DNA of 64,000 bases. It comes from Psammoneis japonica (taxonomy: Eukaryota). The position numbers and the translations under genes are program-made. The DNA lies in contig QPGO01000030.1 of assembly GCA_008632985.1 (NCBI GenBank), forward strand, positions 495,135-559,134, in the 5' to 3' direction. Positions 1 to 15,646 of this stretch are shown here, in pieces. The notes under the pieces were generated by a model, which saw nothing but the letters and a program-made list of their open reading frames with translations, made no database searches and was not told the origin of the DNA. The stretch's first letter is position 1, and each line of letters begins with the position of its first letter.

Positions 1-67
1 AGATTTCTCCCTCAAACGAGTTTTCTAACGAGCTTCGTTTTTTGTGACTGTAATTTACTTGCTTTAG

Positions 68-1941
<1,874 letters not shown>

Positions 1942-2082
1942 ATCACGTTCCCCGTTCACATAGTTTGATTTTGTTCACAAATATTAGTAGACCACACAAC
2001 ACCATCTTTAGACTCTACACATGTTTAAAGCGTACTCTTGCTACCACACAAATGTTGGAAAAAGCAATAGACCCACGAAACT

Positions 2083-5000
2083 CTACGCACTAGTTATTGC
2101 CATCTTCTCGGCAACATGAGTGCTCCTATCAATCGCATCTTCATTTCTTCTTCGCTTAGCTATCGACTTTCCGACATCATTGGATAGAACGTCGCCGGTC
2201 GTACTGGCTGAGACTGTCCCTCGCTTTCTATTGGGTGGTTGCTCGTTCTGTTTCATCTGGTGGCAGAGTTCGGACGCGATGGATCCGTTCGAGGCGTCAT
2301 CCGTTGATACCCTCTGCACGACACCTTCCCGCGTTCCACTCGACTGCGTTGAATCAAAGTTGCAATCTTTCATCTTCGAAAGCAGGTCGGCATCACATTG
2401 TTCGCATGCAGGCAATGTTGCACTGAGAACAAGATCGTTTGTCGTTTCTACCCCACTTCCTGGTTTGAGAACATCCGTACCTTGAAAACTCGATCGCACG
2501 CCCACATCCACATTTCCGGCCACATCACTGTTTTTAGCCCCAACAGTTGCGGTATCCTTTATCATATCTGAGTCGTTCTGAGTTTCCTCTGGTATTTTGT
2601 TTGCAGAAGCGACAGCCAATCCCCGAGACGGCTTGGGCAAAGATCTCCACACAAGTCCGTTAATGTTACGATCTCCCTCAAGATAGTGCAGCTGAAAATA
2701 TTCCATCTCGGCAGGTTCGGCATTGAATTCTCCTGGAGAACCCTGCCGAGTGGTGAGCCAGTCATGATACGCGACAGTAAGTGTTTCAAAACCAAGTAGG
2801 ATCCTGCTCGAAATCATATCCTCTTTGACAATGGCCACAGAAGGCGGCAGCCAAGCTTCCAACCCATCTTTTCGAAACGCATGGTTCAAAGCTAATGGAT
2901 CCTGTGTCGTCTGCAGCCTGTCGTGACCAAGAGAGTCATCTTGATTCATCGTGTTATCACTGCTATCCACCGGCATTAAAGGCTTCGGGATCCATCTTTT
3001 CCAAGAACAGCCAAGAAACGAGAAAGTCTCTTCCGGGGGGTGCCCAAGCAACTTCTTCTTCAGCTCGCCAATCGATGCACCTTCTGGAAGCTCGTTGTAG
3101 GATATGGCTTCATCAACGGAAAGAAAAATGTACTTTGCGCTACCTTTGGTCATTTCAACAAGCCCGGTGTGCAGTTTCGGCTTGCGCCTCTTTGACGCAT
3201 TCCGAGACAACGTCCGTTCACCGTCTGGCCCAACAAACTCCACCTTTCCATCGATTAAGGCATCGTAGAACAACCATCTGTAGCCAAACAATAGCTCATC
3301 AGGATCCTTGATACTCTGATGAATGAAGGCTTTCACGGAAGAATCAGATATCGGTTCGAACTCCGTCCTGTACCCAAGTTCCGAAAGGCACTTAGCCGCA
3401 AGATATGCTCCGTTCATTGAACTATACATCTTGACGATCATGCCGGATCCCGGATCAAGCACTGCAACGACGCGGCTCTTTCCCCCGTGCGAAAAGGGTA
3501 CCGTGATCTTGTTCCGTCCGCTTGGTCGTCGACTCGACTGACTTTCCGCGCACAAATTACCAGCACGAGAAATGATTCCTCGCTGACTCTCACATTCAAC
3601 GACAAACTGGTTTACTCTATTTTTCACATCATCCGATAAAAGATGGTCAAAGCTGCGCTTCCTGATGGCATTGCTTTTTCGACGATGGACCTCTGCCATT
3701 CGATATATAGAAGAACCCTGATAGTTGAAAGTGAAACAATTATGCCACACCAACTCCAGATCTTGAAGGACAGCTACAACTGCGTCATCGAGCGTTTGCG
3801 CTTGTTTCAAATTCCGTGCATACTCGCCATTCGTAAGGTTAGATGCAATTGTCCCCAAGTCCATTGGCTTCTTGATGATGTCATTGTACCCCAACACGAC
3901 GCTGCCGTCAACGGGAGTTGCGAAAAGATTACCGAACTCGTATTTCATCAACTTCGTGACCATTTCATGTATCATGCTGAGCACAACTAAACTCTCCGAG
4001 TTTTCAGTGGCATGTTGAGTCGCGACGAACGTATCACAAACTGTTTGGAGCGATTCTTTTCCATCCACCAAATCATCTGCACTTCCATCCTTCTCACCGA
4101 GACAAACATGACATTCCCACTGACTATCTTTGTCGCCAAAGGTAGTGAGACAGTCACGATGAAATGCTCGCGGACATCGATCACAGCATAATAAATTCCC
4201 GTGCTTCCTACATATGTGACAATAATCAACGTTACCGTCTTCCTCAACGTCGCCCTCCATTGAAGAAGCGCCAGTATCACTGGGTTGCACCTTACGCAAG
4301 ACAAAATTTCCTTTTGCGGAAAACATCGTTTGATAGTCGTCAACGCTACCAGGATCGAGATCGCGACCTCCGCAAACTTCGCGAGGAAATTCCTTCAAAG
4401 GGACTTTTGGAACGGCCTCGGTGGTCCTGCGTCTTTTTCCTGCAGCTCTTCGGTCCGGCTTACGCTCAGGTCTACGGTCGGGCACCGGAATACCATGGGA
4501 TTCGCGATTTCCATTAAAAGACCTCCTTCGCTCACCAGTCACAAGAGAAAAGCTTGACATGTGTGGAAAATGTGCTTCAGATGCACTGGTTTCTTGCTCT
4601 ATTGATCGTCGTTTCAATTCATGAGCTACTACTTCAAGGCGACGAGCGCACCTGGGGCACCGACATTCCAGGCTACACACAGGGCAATAATCCAGTTGAA
4701 TCGGCACTGAATCCTCGTTTTTGATTGAAAAGCCAAGGCGATTCTTTGATAAATGATAAAGAAAGAGAATAAACGCAAAGCAGTGCAAATGAGATACACG
4801 TTAGTTGCCAAAGGGAGAAGCACAAAGAGCGCAAGAGCCGCAGCAGAACTTACAATGCAATGTACGTCACAGAACGAGTGTGACGGCTTTCCACACGGAA
4901 ACTGCGCGGTGAGCGGTTTTCGAGAATGGCAAACATGACAGACATGGTTCTCCTTCAGTTCAAGGCCACCCTGAGATCGGCCTGCCGCATCAACTTCAGC

Positions 5001-6574
5001 TTTGCTTTCGGCTTTCATCCTCCGAGCAACCTCCTCGTGATATTCCGGTTCTACATCATCATATTTCTTCCCGTTCCTGGAAGCGGCAGAAGTCTTGTTG
5101 GACCTTCTACGTGGACGAGAACTTTCATCTTCTGATAGCCCATAAGTTGATATTCCGGATTCGCCGCTACGTCTCCCAAACGACGTGCGAGACGCTACCC
5201 CCCTTCTCTGTCTCCCGGCATTGCTTTTAAGGTTGTGTCCTCCACCAGCATCCAATACCCCGTGTCCATAAAGCCGGGGGGCGAGCGAGAAAGCAGGTGG
5301 AACCAATGTCGAATAATCTCGTTCATTCTGGTAGGGGTCTTTGGAAGCCAGTGGCACGTCGTACTGAGCGCAACTGCTCACAAAGTCGTCAATTTGCTCC
5401 TGAATACTAGATGCTAGATCGAGAGTTTGCCCAAATGTTAATCCAAACTCCTCCGCCACACCGGATGCAAAGGACATGGGAGTTGGTGTTCTCGGATCGG
5501 AAAGATCCCACGGTACAGTTTCCTTATACCGAGGAAGCGCTTTATTTCGCTTCCGCCTTTCGGCACCATCGTTTTCTCCGTCTTCGGTACTTTCATCAGC
5601 AAGAGGAAAAGATATTGTTATATTCGTCGTCAGCTTCGGCTCCCACTCATAGTTAGTATCTGTTTGATCCACGTCGCAAAGCAATTCGCCCGTCTCCTTG
5701 TCTCGCGGTTCGTGTCCCTCCCTTCCCCGGTGATAGCAATGCATGTCGAGAACTCCATCTTCTTTCATAGCCTTTATTCGAATAATCTTTTGTTTCCCGT
5801 CTGATTTCCGATCCGAGTTTGACGCTGTTGCTCCGGCGTCAGCGAGCGTTTCTTGTGCATGCTCCGCCTCGTCGGAATCTGCCTCATCGATCCTTCCTTT
5901 CTCCGTCGGAACTTGAATGGGTCCAGCAGAAACGCTTTTGCTTCCCCCATATCATTTTGAGACGGGTCATTCTCCCGATCAACTTGCCCTTCAGCTTGTC
6001 GAAGCTCCGTTTTCTGACTTTGGGGCATCTGTCGAACATTTGTATCTTCTGCAGAGACTGAAACAGCAGAAAACCCCTCCAGGGCAACCGTACACTCTGC
6101 TGTCTTTCCTGAATTGCTCTTCGCCGATAAGGAGAAGTTCTGTGGTGCAGTTCCATTGATACCGTTGATTTCAGAGCGAGGGCATGATCTGCCTTGTGCA
6201 ACACTAGATACTGCAGACGACGCAGCACTGGTGGTATCACGCGTTTCTTCGCCTTCATCATTTCTTCTCTTCAAAAAGGCGTCTCGAGCGTCTTTTCTCC
6301 GTGCTCGCTACACACATTTCATATGACAGAAGAAAGAGCACATAACAGCTTTAGTAAGGACAAAACGAGGGCAGCCATTCACAGAACTTCAGCGCAAGTA
6401 CAGCTCCGTACTCACCTCATGTGGTGGGAGGAGGTCAACAATGCCTCCCGCAGCACACCATCCCCAATGCGGTGGATCCAACAGCGATAAATTCATCACT
6501 GATTCGGCGCTCACGTCTACCGAGTCATCACTCTCACGGACAGAGCCGTCCTCAACTTCCTGGAACGACGCCAT
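2083..6574 (-). CDS. Multi-exon chromatin reader: SNF5-like repeat, zf-4CXXC_R1-like Cys cluster, PHD finger and bromodomain
   Basis: PHD DYCHICRKHGNLLCCDRCPRAFHRDC...WECHVC; bromodomain LFATPVD...YNDIIKKPMDLGTI...LVWHNCFTFN; CHVCH...FCDVHC/CPVCSLECRCPRC cluster joined by intron ~4744-4853; another intron ~6309-6415; apparent 1-nt frameshift near 5938. Confidence 0.8.
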
Positions 6575-7437
6575 TGTCCAAGCAGCGCCGGCTTAGCTTC
6601 TTTGTGGCGAAACTTGCGGGCACATGAAAAGCCAAAGAAGGCGAGCCTGCGTACATCGCACGTAGGTCGTAGTACTGCTGATGGATAGCGTAGAAGCTAA
6701 CGGAATATGCGCCATATCTTTCGTACAATTCTACGAAAGTCATAGTACTCATCACGATTTTTCGCGCGATGGCATTTTGAAACTCGCAAACTCCCGCCAA
6801 CACTGGTTGCTTCCGCCACCCAAAAGCCAACAGACATCATCGGAAAGATGCTTGTCATTGTGTTATGAAAGCAAAGAAGTTCATTCGATACACGCACAAC
6901 GTTGGAAGGAAAAAGCATTAGGTATTCAGAGATTATGATTTTGCTTCTGACTAGGCGTAAGTGTCCCAGTCCTTGCAGGGCGATCGCTCACTCGAGCTGC
7001 AATGACTTGGATGCTTGAGGGTTGACGGTGGCGGCAAATGTCGGTCGTATTTTGTCGTGCCGCGACCAAACCAACGTCATCTTGCGATCAGCATGAAGTT
7101 GCTGATACGAAATACGAGCATACGCAATAAATGTAAATTGGACTAAAATAAATACCGCTTCTTGCTGGACCCCCGACCCCAGCTAGCTTAGTAATACAAG
7201 TAGAGCGATTTAGCACATTAGAATGACTTTCGTAAGAGCTTTCGCGAAATCTTTCATGCGTTATGCGCACTCTCCTAATAGCTAGTGCAACCGGTGTCAG
7301 CAGCAGCGCACTCGATACCGCCGTTCTCTTTCAAACTTGCATCCGACCAAATGAGTCCCTCCTACATAACACACTCGTATTGATGAAACACTGATGTCAA
7401 TTGCACGAGAAATCTCACCGCTACACAATAATAATAC

Positions 7438-10400
7438 TCAGCTAGCATTAGTGAAATTGAAAGCTTCAAGGAAAGACTCGGCAGCGCTGCGTACGTCATT
7501 ACTTGGAGTCCACACCGTCTGCAGAGATTCGTCATTATCAGCCGTCGACGCTACAACATTTCTCGACTTTTTGTAAACATTGGTTGTACCAGGAAGGTTT
7601 TCTTTCCCACAAAACAAAAACGGGTTCAGTTCCTCCACAACTGCTGATGCAGAGAGTACCGAGCTGCGAAAATCTTCAAGACCCGGCGTCACAGTATTGA
7701 ATTTAGGATGTTCAGTCCAAAGAGATTTGCCTTGAAGAGCAAGTCTCGAGGCCTCAACTCTTATTGCTTTGAGCACCTCTGTCAATTCTGCCAAAGGAGC
7801 GACTAGGAAGTCACACATCCCTTTCAAGAAGGAGGCGCATGCCCAAACATATGTGGCACACAATGTGTTTGACGCGATGGATAAACCGGACGGGCCTCGG
7901 ATCGAAGCCATCGAAGCACTATTCACCTTGCTCCATCGTACGAGGGACATTGGTTCGGTATCCGTAGAGGAGTCTACTTCGAACTGGCGTAGAGACACCA
8001 GTGATGTTGCACACTGCAACAATTCGCTTATCGTGCCATCATTGACTTGAGCTTCCAAGAGAGACTGGCGAAGGGGCAAACAAATAGCTTTTGCTATCGA
8101 GCAAACCAGCATCAATTCCGAACCATCAAAGGCCGCTCCGTCGTCAGTGTCCAAGTCCAGCATATGACGAAGCAATCGAGCGTTTCCTCTTTTCTTCAGA
8201 GATGCTATCCCTGAGTCAAAGAGTCTCGGGAGAATATATTGATCTACCGCAAAGTTTCGTAAGTCGCGAATCGACCTGATCTCATCCTTGTCTGACTTTC
8301 TTGAACCCTCGACAAAGCTGAAATATTCATTGAAAGCTTCAGAAAGACGGTACCCCGAAGTCGACTCGCCGTAAGCGAAAAATGAAGAAGGTACGCTCTT
8401 CTTGAGGTGAAAAGCTCGACCCACCAAGAAAGATCGATCGTTGGTATTTTCCATAAAGTCTGTTGCATTCATGGCAGTAGTTATCAAAGCATTGCACAAA
8501 TAGAGTGTATCAACTCTCTCTCCCGGTTTGTATCGCAACGCGACATGAACCATGAGTTCTCTTGCTCGGCTGATTACGCCTTCTTGCATGACGGTCGAAA
8601 GCGAACTTTCGGAACGAGGAGTTGTCAGTGCGTTGTAGGCTACGGAGGTGCGTCTTGGCAGGGCCATAGCTGCCAAATGGCCAAGGGTTGCTTGGACATC
8701 GAGATGTCCCTGCAAAAGCCGAGCAAGAAACGAATCACGAAGATATCGTTGTAGAGCACCAAATGATTCTGAAAGCTCGACCCCACTTTCTCGCAGAACC
8801 CATGAATACAATGCAATAGACAGCTGTGAATAGCATTTCTGGAGTTCCAAAAGCGTAGCGTATCTGTCCTTTTGTTTGGCTTTGGAGCTAGAATCTACAC
8901 CCGAATCCTCAAAACCAAGGCCACAGTAGCGAATGCCTTCCGAGCAGGAGAGTAATTGACAAGAGCTACAGCCCACAATCACTGTTGCCACTCTCTCGAA
9001 GCTTAAACAAGGTAAGGCAGACACGGCAACAGCTCTTTCATTGCAAAGAGAAGTTGCGCTTATAATACCGCGTAGCTTCCTCAAACGCCTTAAGCACTCC
9101 CTCTCCAAGGAGACGAGAGGGATGGAGTTTCTGGGGGACTGCTCCAAATCAGAATCTGCGTGGACAAGAATTTTCCCTATCAAAGAAACGCTAGATGGTA
9201 CATTTTCCTCCAACGAAGGAGACCGGCCCATAGAAAGCATAGCGTTTCCTAAATCGCGACAGAACGACCACAGATTTCGACTGTTGTAGGACGGGCCGGG
9301 ACAATCTTCAACATCATGATGATCTGTGGTGCGCAGTCCGCGTCCTTCAATATCTGGATAGCACGGGGAATCTCCTAGTAGCAGAGGCACTCCCTTCTTC
9401 ATTGCGTCAGCAAGAACTGCTCTATTCAGACGACGCAGACGTCGACGCGCCTTATGTTCTAGTCCACCACTGGCTCTTATCCCTTTCAGGTTGCTGGACG
9501 GGAACTTCTCAAGAGCGCCAACATCAAGCATTGCCTCCACAAGATTGCTTAAGATGTCTTCGAGGTTGGTCTTGAGAAGACTCTCGCAGCTCGAAAAAAA
9601 CTTTGTAGCCCTGCATAGCTCAGACGAGAAGCACTGAGCATTCTGCAGCATAAATAATTGATCATCTCTGGTGGCCGTGCTATGCGGTCGAGAAATTGGG
9701 CTTATCAGGGATCGAATGGAGGGCACGAAGCCGGCCTCATTATCGAGCTTGAAGAGACAGGTTGCAACCAAACAGGAGCACACGCCTCCCGCATGCCTAG
9801 CTATAACGGCTCGCCCTGTAATTCCCGCGCATTCCTGTGGAAGTATTGCATACCGTTTGGACGGCTAGCGTGGAAGAAAAACTTTTCATTCTTAGAGCTT
9901 GATCAGTTTTGGCAAGTAAGGTTGTTCGACACCATGACGTACCTTGGCAAGATCTAGACACGACAACAGGAACTGGAACAAATTTAAAGCGTTTTCTCTC
10001 AACGATTTGTTGCGATCTGGATCCATATGCACGCATCCTTCCCCTCCACTAAAATCGATGTTCAGGAAGACGCTATCGTCAAGGTCCCCGAAGAGATTCG
10101 CCTCCGAATCGTCATTGCTGGCTTGGTCTTCGATTGCCCCCCGGTTGTCACCGAGGTTGTTGTCACGCTCACATGCTAGAGCAAGAGTAATACGCACGAC
10201 CGAAAGGCAGGTACGAAAGCACAATCCAACTGCCGTCTCCGACGAGTTTGCATTCAAAACGGCCTTCATCGTTCGTAGTATTGACTTTATCAGCATGTCG
10301 ATAGAGGTGGTTTTGAGTAGTTTCACTTGTTGATGTAGCGATGAAATAGTTTGCGACGTCTCTGTGCAATCTAGAATGATCCGGCAACGCGACAAAATTA

Positions 10401-13400
10401 TAGAGAGCCACGTACAGATGCAACATTGGATCCGCACAACCATTGATTCCGTCGACGATGAATAGGTAGTAGGTAGATATGAAGGCGTGAACTGGTCACT
10501 TTTCGTGCTGTTAAGCAAATCGCAGGTGCAGTCTAGACATGCAACCATCCCAGAGACGAAAAATAGAAGCAATCTCTCATTGCCAGAAATCTTTCCACAG
10601 AGGTCGTCGAAGGAAGTAACAGAGGCATCGTTAGACGCGGCAACTAGGGAAGAGATTCCCAAATGCGAAAATGCGACGCGCGCAATTCCTTTCGCAGCTA
10701 CATATAACCTTAATGCATGCCCATTGTACGAAGGAGGAATCGTGGTGGTTTCGCCGACCAAATATCTCCGCCTTTCTTTCATCGGCTTGTCGGATAGCAC
10801 TTCCCATACCTGCTTGCAACAACGATAAAAGCGAGAGAAAAAGAGTTCGATCGTTCGCGCGTGAGAGACACTGTCTTAGTTTTCTCGTACTTAATAGTGT
10901 AAATTGGAAGTGTTGATGAATCGCTACAGTACCTTCTCTGTAAGCCCGTTCAATAAAGGCGATGCACGAGGAAGACCTCCCGTACCCGGCTCATCGCTCA
11001 CTTCCGTTATCGCCAACGAGATAAGAAGGTGGCAAGCACCTTCCCGATACATCAATTCAGCGTAAAAGCTATCCTTGAATGATCTCCCTAAAAATGCGTC
11101 AGACAAGGAAATATCGGATCTCTCGGACGTTGCCTCTGCTTTGCATTCATCCAGCGCCATTGTCGCCAATGAGCAGGCTTCTTTCTCCATGCGTGATGCC
11201 AATTCAGTAATCTTCTTTCTTAACCTAGACAGTCTCGCCTTTTTCTTCTGGACGCGGAGTGTCCAAGATACGAGGAAAGAAAGACAGCGACAAAGAATCC
11301 CGGAGGTTGGAAGGAGTTGGTAGTGACCACTGCATTCTCTTTCCTGCAACTTATTGTGAAACTCCTCTACTGATGAAGCAGTAAATTCCACACATGGACT
11401 TGCGTATTCCCAGAGAAGCATTGTCATACGGAAATCATCCCCTTGTGGTTCAGACGGAAAGAGTGAAGACCTTGTGGATGGGTTCAAACGATACTCATCA
11501 GCTTGAAGTATAAGTGCGCTGTCAACAAGTTTCACCACAAATCCATCCGTCGGTGGGAGTGGGTCCAGTGCACCCACTGACAACAGCGCCGTGACATAGG
11601 TAATCTCTTTCTCACAACACAAAACATGATCTCTACTGGGGCACGGAACACTCTCTGCATTGTTGGTGGACGGCTTTACTGCTTGAGCCGCGAGAACGCC
11701 TGCGTCTGAGAAAAACAGAGCAAGTAAAATACTCCAGCGGGAGCCTGTCTCGGCCTTCCCTGCCGACTGTGCCTCCGCGAAATAAGCAAACACCGACCAA
11801 ACCGCGTCGATCTCACATCGAGGCAACGCATCCTTGAATGATTTAAACCGTGGTTTTGCTGTAGAAGGAAATGCTCGTGTGGTTAGAAACAAACAAACAA
11901 ACAAAACTTTTGTGACGAAGGAGGCGATTACTATCTTGTTCTCTCACCGTCGGAAGATGCAGGAGGAATCCCAGTTTCAAGAAATAAAACATAGTCTCCG
12001 GGATTTAAAGATGATATAAAACCCGACGATTCGTCCTTTACGTCCCACCATTGCTGGCCTTCTAGCTTAGTAGTGATGTAACGAGACATCGTCTCGAGCA
12101 AGGGAGTGACTCTACCCAATGCATCGCGGAGAGGAGCCATTAGACGAAGAATCTCACGTCGATCAGTGTTTTTCATGCCCCAAGCCGAAGGATGAAGCAA
12201 CGAATACACGGTATCGAGGCATTGCAAAGCAATCGACTCGAGAAAGGGGCAAGCACCAGCAGCATTAAAGACTTTGTACACAACACCATCTTCCGGTCGA
12301 AGCGATTCGTGCACACCATGTTCAATCAACGTCAGCACATGTGAAACCATAAGTACGTGTATTTTGAAACGGCGTTGGTCATCTTGGAGTACAGCCTGCA
12401 AAGTATCAGCACCATGTCGCTGAAGCAAATCCAAGGTAGCCCCCAAAACGTCAGAAGCGCATTCTGCTGGTGAGTCTAGTCCAGATTCGAAACGATGCAA
12501 AATATTCTCGAAGGCTCTCCAACACGACGACGGAGATTCACGAAACTGATCAACAAGCGACGAACAGAGATCTTGAATGCACACTTCGTTGGTACTTTGA
12601 ATGATCGGTTCTCGTCTCCGCAATACCTGTCGCTGCAGAACATTTCGATAAAGATGCCGTGCGACATCACCATCCGTTGCGTCTGCTGAATCCTCTATAG
12701 TATGCATCTGTCCCTCACTCGACGAATGTAACACTTGCCGTGAACCTTGCTTGCTGCTTTGACTGCGATCTGGGCCTGTTGGATGGGCAGCTTTCTGGTT
12801 CTTTGACAAAACGGATTCACCAAGCCTATGAGCCCCGCGAGCGTTCAACGAGTTCGCATCAAGAAACGCTTGCATCCTATCAGCTATTCGTGGCTTAGTT
12901 GGTTCGACAGCACCAAAACCGCCAGACGAACGCTTCGTAGAAACAAGCTTATCGCCATTCGTATCGCCCAACGATAGCATTGACTCCAGCGAAAGCGAAG
13001 GTTCGTTGTCTCGGGATGAAGCTCCCACAGTGTCTTCATCTGCCGCGCGGATGCTTGATTCTGACGACGACTCCTCGGCATGAACAGGCCGGCTGCCATT
13101 AGAAACATCGGTCACCTCGTTTCGCAGCAGTCGCGGCCTAGATCGTTTCCTTGATACCTCAGCAGCACTTCGAGAACGTTTCATGTCATCAACATCATCG
13201 CTGCCATCTGATTGTGATTCGTTTTCTCGAATCTTTAGCATTTTTTTCGATCGTTTCGCGTCATCATCACTGTCATCGGTATTTAAGGTATTTCGTCTAG
13301 CCTTTCGCATCTTTTTCACTCCATCCCTGCGTCTCGGTTTCTTTTGCCGCTTTCGAGCATACTTTGACTTAACCCTGCTTGCATACATGTGGGGATCAAA

Positions 13401-15128
13401 AGGAGGTAGATCAATGATATCGTCGTTTACATAAGATCCCGAAGAAAACTTGGATGGTGACCTTGCTGCTTCAGGAGTGCTCATAGTCCCTGAGATTTCC
13501 TCAGATATGTCGCCGCTGTCTTCTTGATCACTGCTTTCCAGCTGGCGCCTCTTGCTGGTTTCCACAAGCAAATGGCGTACATCTTGCATTACTTGCTCCA
13601 CTTGGCTTCCAGTCATATCAAGTCTCATATCTCTCAAGTCCAGAGCTGATTCTCCGCACTCTATACGCTGCTCGTGAGTCAATCGATGCTTGTGTATGCG
13701 CCGTTCTTTCTTGTTTCTCAGACGACGCATGGCACTCAAACACTGATCCAATCCGCCTTGTATGAGGCGTTGCTTCAACTCAGAATACACAACAGAGCCT
13801 TGGTCTTGAATGGGTTTTAATTCGGCGGCTGTCGCATTTTCTAAGCGTCGTTTCAATTGTCCAACCCGACTTGTCGCATTGGGAAGTGACTGCTCAACGT
13901 CATTTATTGTGCGATCAAAAAAGGCGGGAAGCTCTGCATACCCAAGCGATGCTGCCTTATCTTCGGTGTCATCCGGTAAATGCTCAGCAACTTTGGCACC
14001 CTCAGGTTGAATAAATTCATCCAAGGATTGCATGAAGTCATCTAAAAGAATAGATTGAGACGCTCCTTGCTCGTCTCCTCCTTCTTCTTCTTCTTCTTCA
14101 ACTTGCCGAGAGTCGTCTTGTGACGAAGAGTCGACGTCGTCATCAAGCGGCGTCATTGGGTAGGTTGCGGGTGGAGAGTCTGGGTCTCCCACAGACCCAA
14201 CAAAGCCAAAAGGATGACTAGAAGTCGTAGAATCCGGTGTGTCCGGGGAGGCAGGTGAACGCCTGCGGTTCTGGGAGGCAGGGCTAGATGACGTGCCACG
14301 TGCATTCGGTGAAGAATCAGAATCAAGAACGGAGGAGACCTCGCCAAGACGTTCCAAGGACGATCGCCCCGTACTGATCTTTTTTCTCTTTCGTTTTAAA
14401 CCATGTGATTGTACGCTTGTGCTCGTAGCAGCATTTCTCGGGTTCGCCGACGATATGTCCGCCAGACGCGACAAGATAGGATCTCGTTCGTCACTAGAAG
14501 ACGATGACGCGTCTTCGGAAGACGAGTTACCAAAATAACGAGAAAAGTACCGCTTTTCCCTTTCGTATTTTTGAAAGCTGGATGTGTTCCAATGTAGGCT
14601 TGCGAAGTCGTCGTCGGACGAGCTAGACGAGGAGTATTCGCTGTGTCGTTGCTGGGGGGCTTTTTCTCGAGTCGACTTTGGTCGCCGAGAGTTCTTCTTC
14701 TTATGCGCAGGTAAGTCTTGATTTTGATTGCTGTTGCTGGTCTGAGCCTCTTCAGCGAGCCAATCGCACGACCCGCAGTCTTTTCGCAGCGACCCGCAAC
14801 GCTTACATCGCCCAAGCAGTATGGATCGGTCTCGGAGATTGCTTTTCTGGCGTCGTGTCGTCCCTGATTCACAATCAGCTTGAATCTCGTCATAATCTGT
14901 TCTTGCCTTGACATACTCGACAGGGATTCCTCTTTCTCGCTGCATCAATACGACATAATGCACGTCTATATGTGTAATGATGGTTTGCCCGTTCTCTTGT
15001 TTGCTGTGTACTTGCGTAACTCGACCGATGCCACCAGGTTTGTTTATGCCGGGCCAGGCTCGACGTTGCACCTCCACCATACTCCCGACTCGAAGGTTCG
15101 GACTCTCGTTCGGTGCTGCGGTCGTCAT
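7438..15128 (-). CDS. Large (~2400 aa) four-exon hypothetical nuclear protein with Tudor/SH3-like N-terminus, disordered middle and helical C-terminus
   Basis: Consecutive long minus-strand ORFs (15128-11931, 11904-10924, 10800-9892, 9783-7438) separated by short GT-AG gaps; N-terminal VGSMVEVQRRAWPGINKPGGIGRV; NLS-like basic runs. Confidence 0.7.
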
Positions 15129-15646
15129 CGTTGGAACTCTGTTTTATGTAATAATGACAATAAAATCCGATTGACAATCGACAACGAGTGACGCCATCGC
15201 ATCGAAAATTGGAACTCGATGCGATAACCTCCAAATCATCAAAGATCTTCGGTCGCGCTCGCTGGCGAGCTCGAGAAAAATGGCGCGCAGAACAATAAAC
15301 ATATGCCTTCCTGAAGCAAAATGATATTTAGAAATCATATTTATTATTTTCAAAATATCTAACGGAATGTAGATGAGAATCAAGATTTCGGAACTCCAAA
15401 AATTCCAAAAATCCCAAAAAAATGCAAAAAAAGGTGGGCAAGTTGGCAAGTTGGAAGTCACGCGAATGAGAACCCACGCATTCACAACCTCCAACCACCT
15501 TCAACACACACAAACGATCTTGTTTCGCGATCCGACAAACACGGTAAACTTAGTTGTACCAACAAAAGCCACCAGACATTGCATCTAGCTAGAGCCTTGA
15601 TCCCAACTCGACCCATCGAACCCACTCGACATTCAGTACCAGTGTC

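Noticed and set aside
7438..15128. Assignment to MMS22L/Mus7 or another named repair scaffold
   Set aside because: Only the size and helical character are suggestive; I recognised no diagnostic motif.
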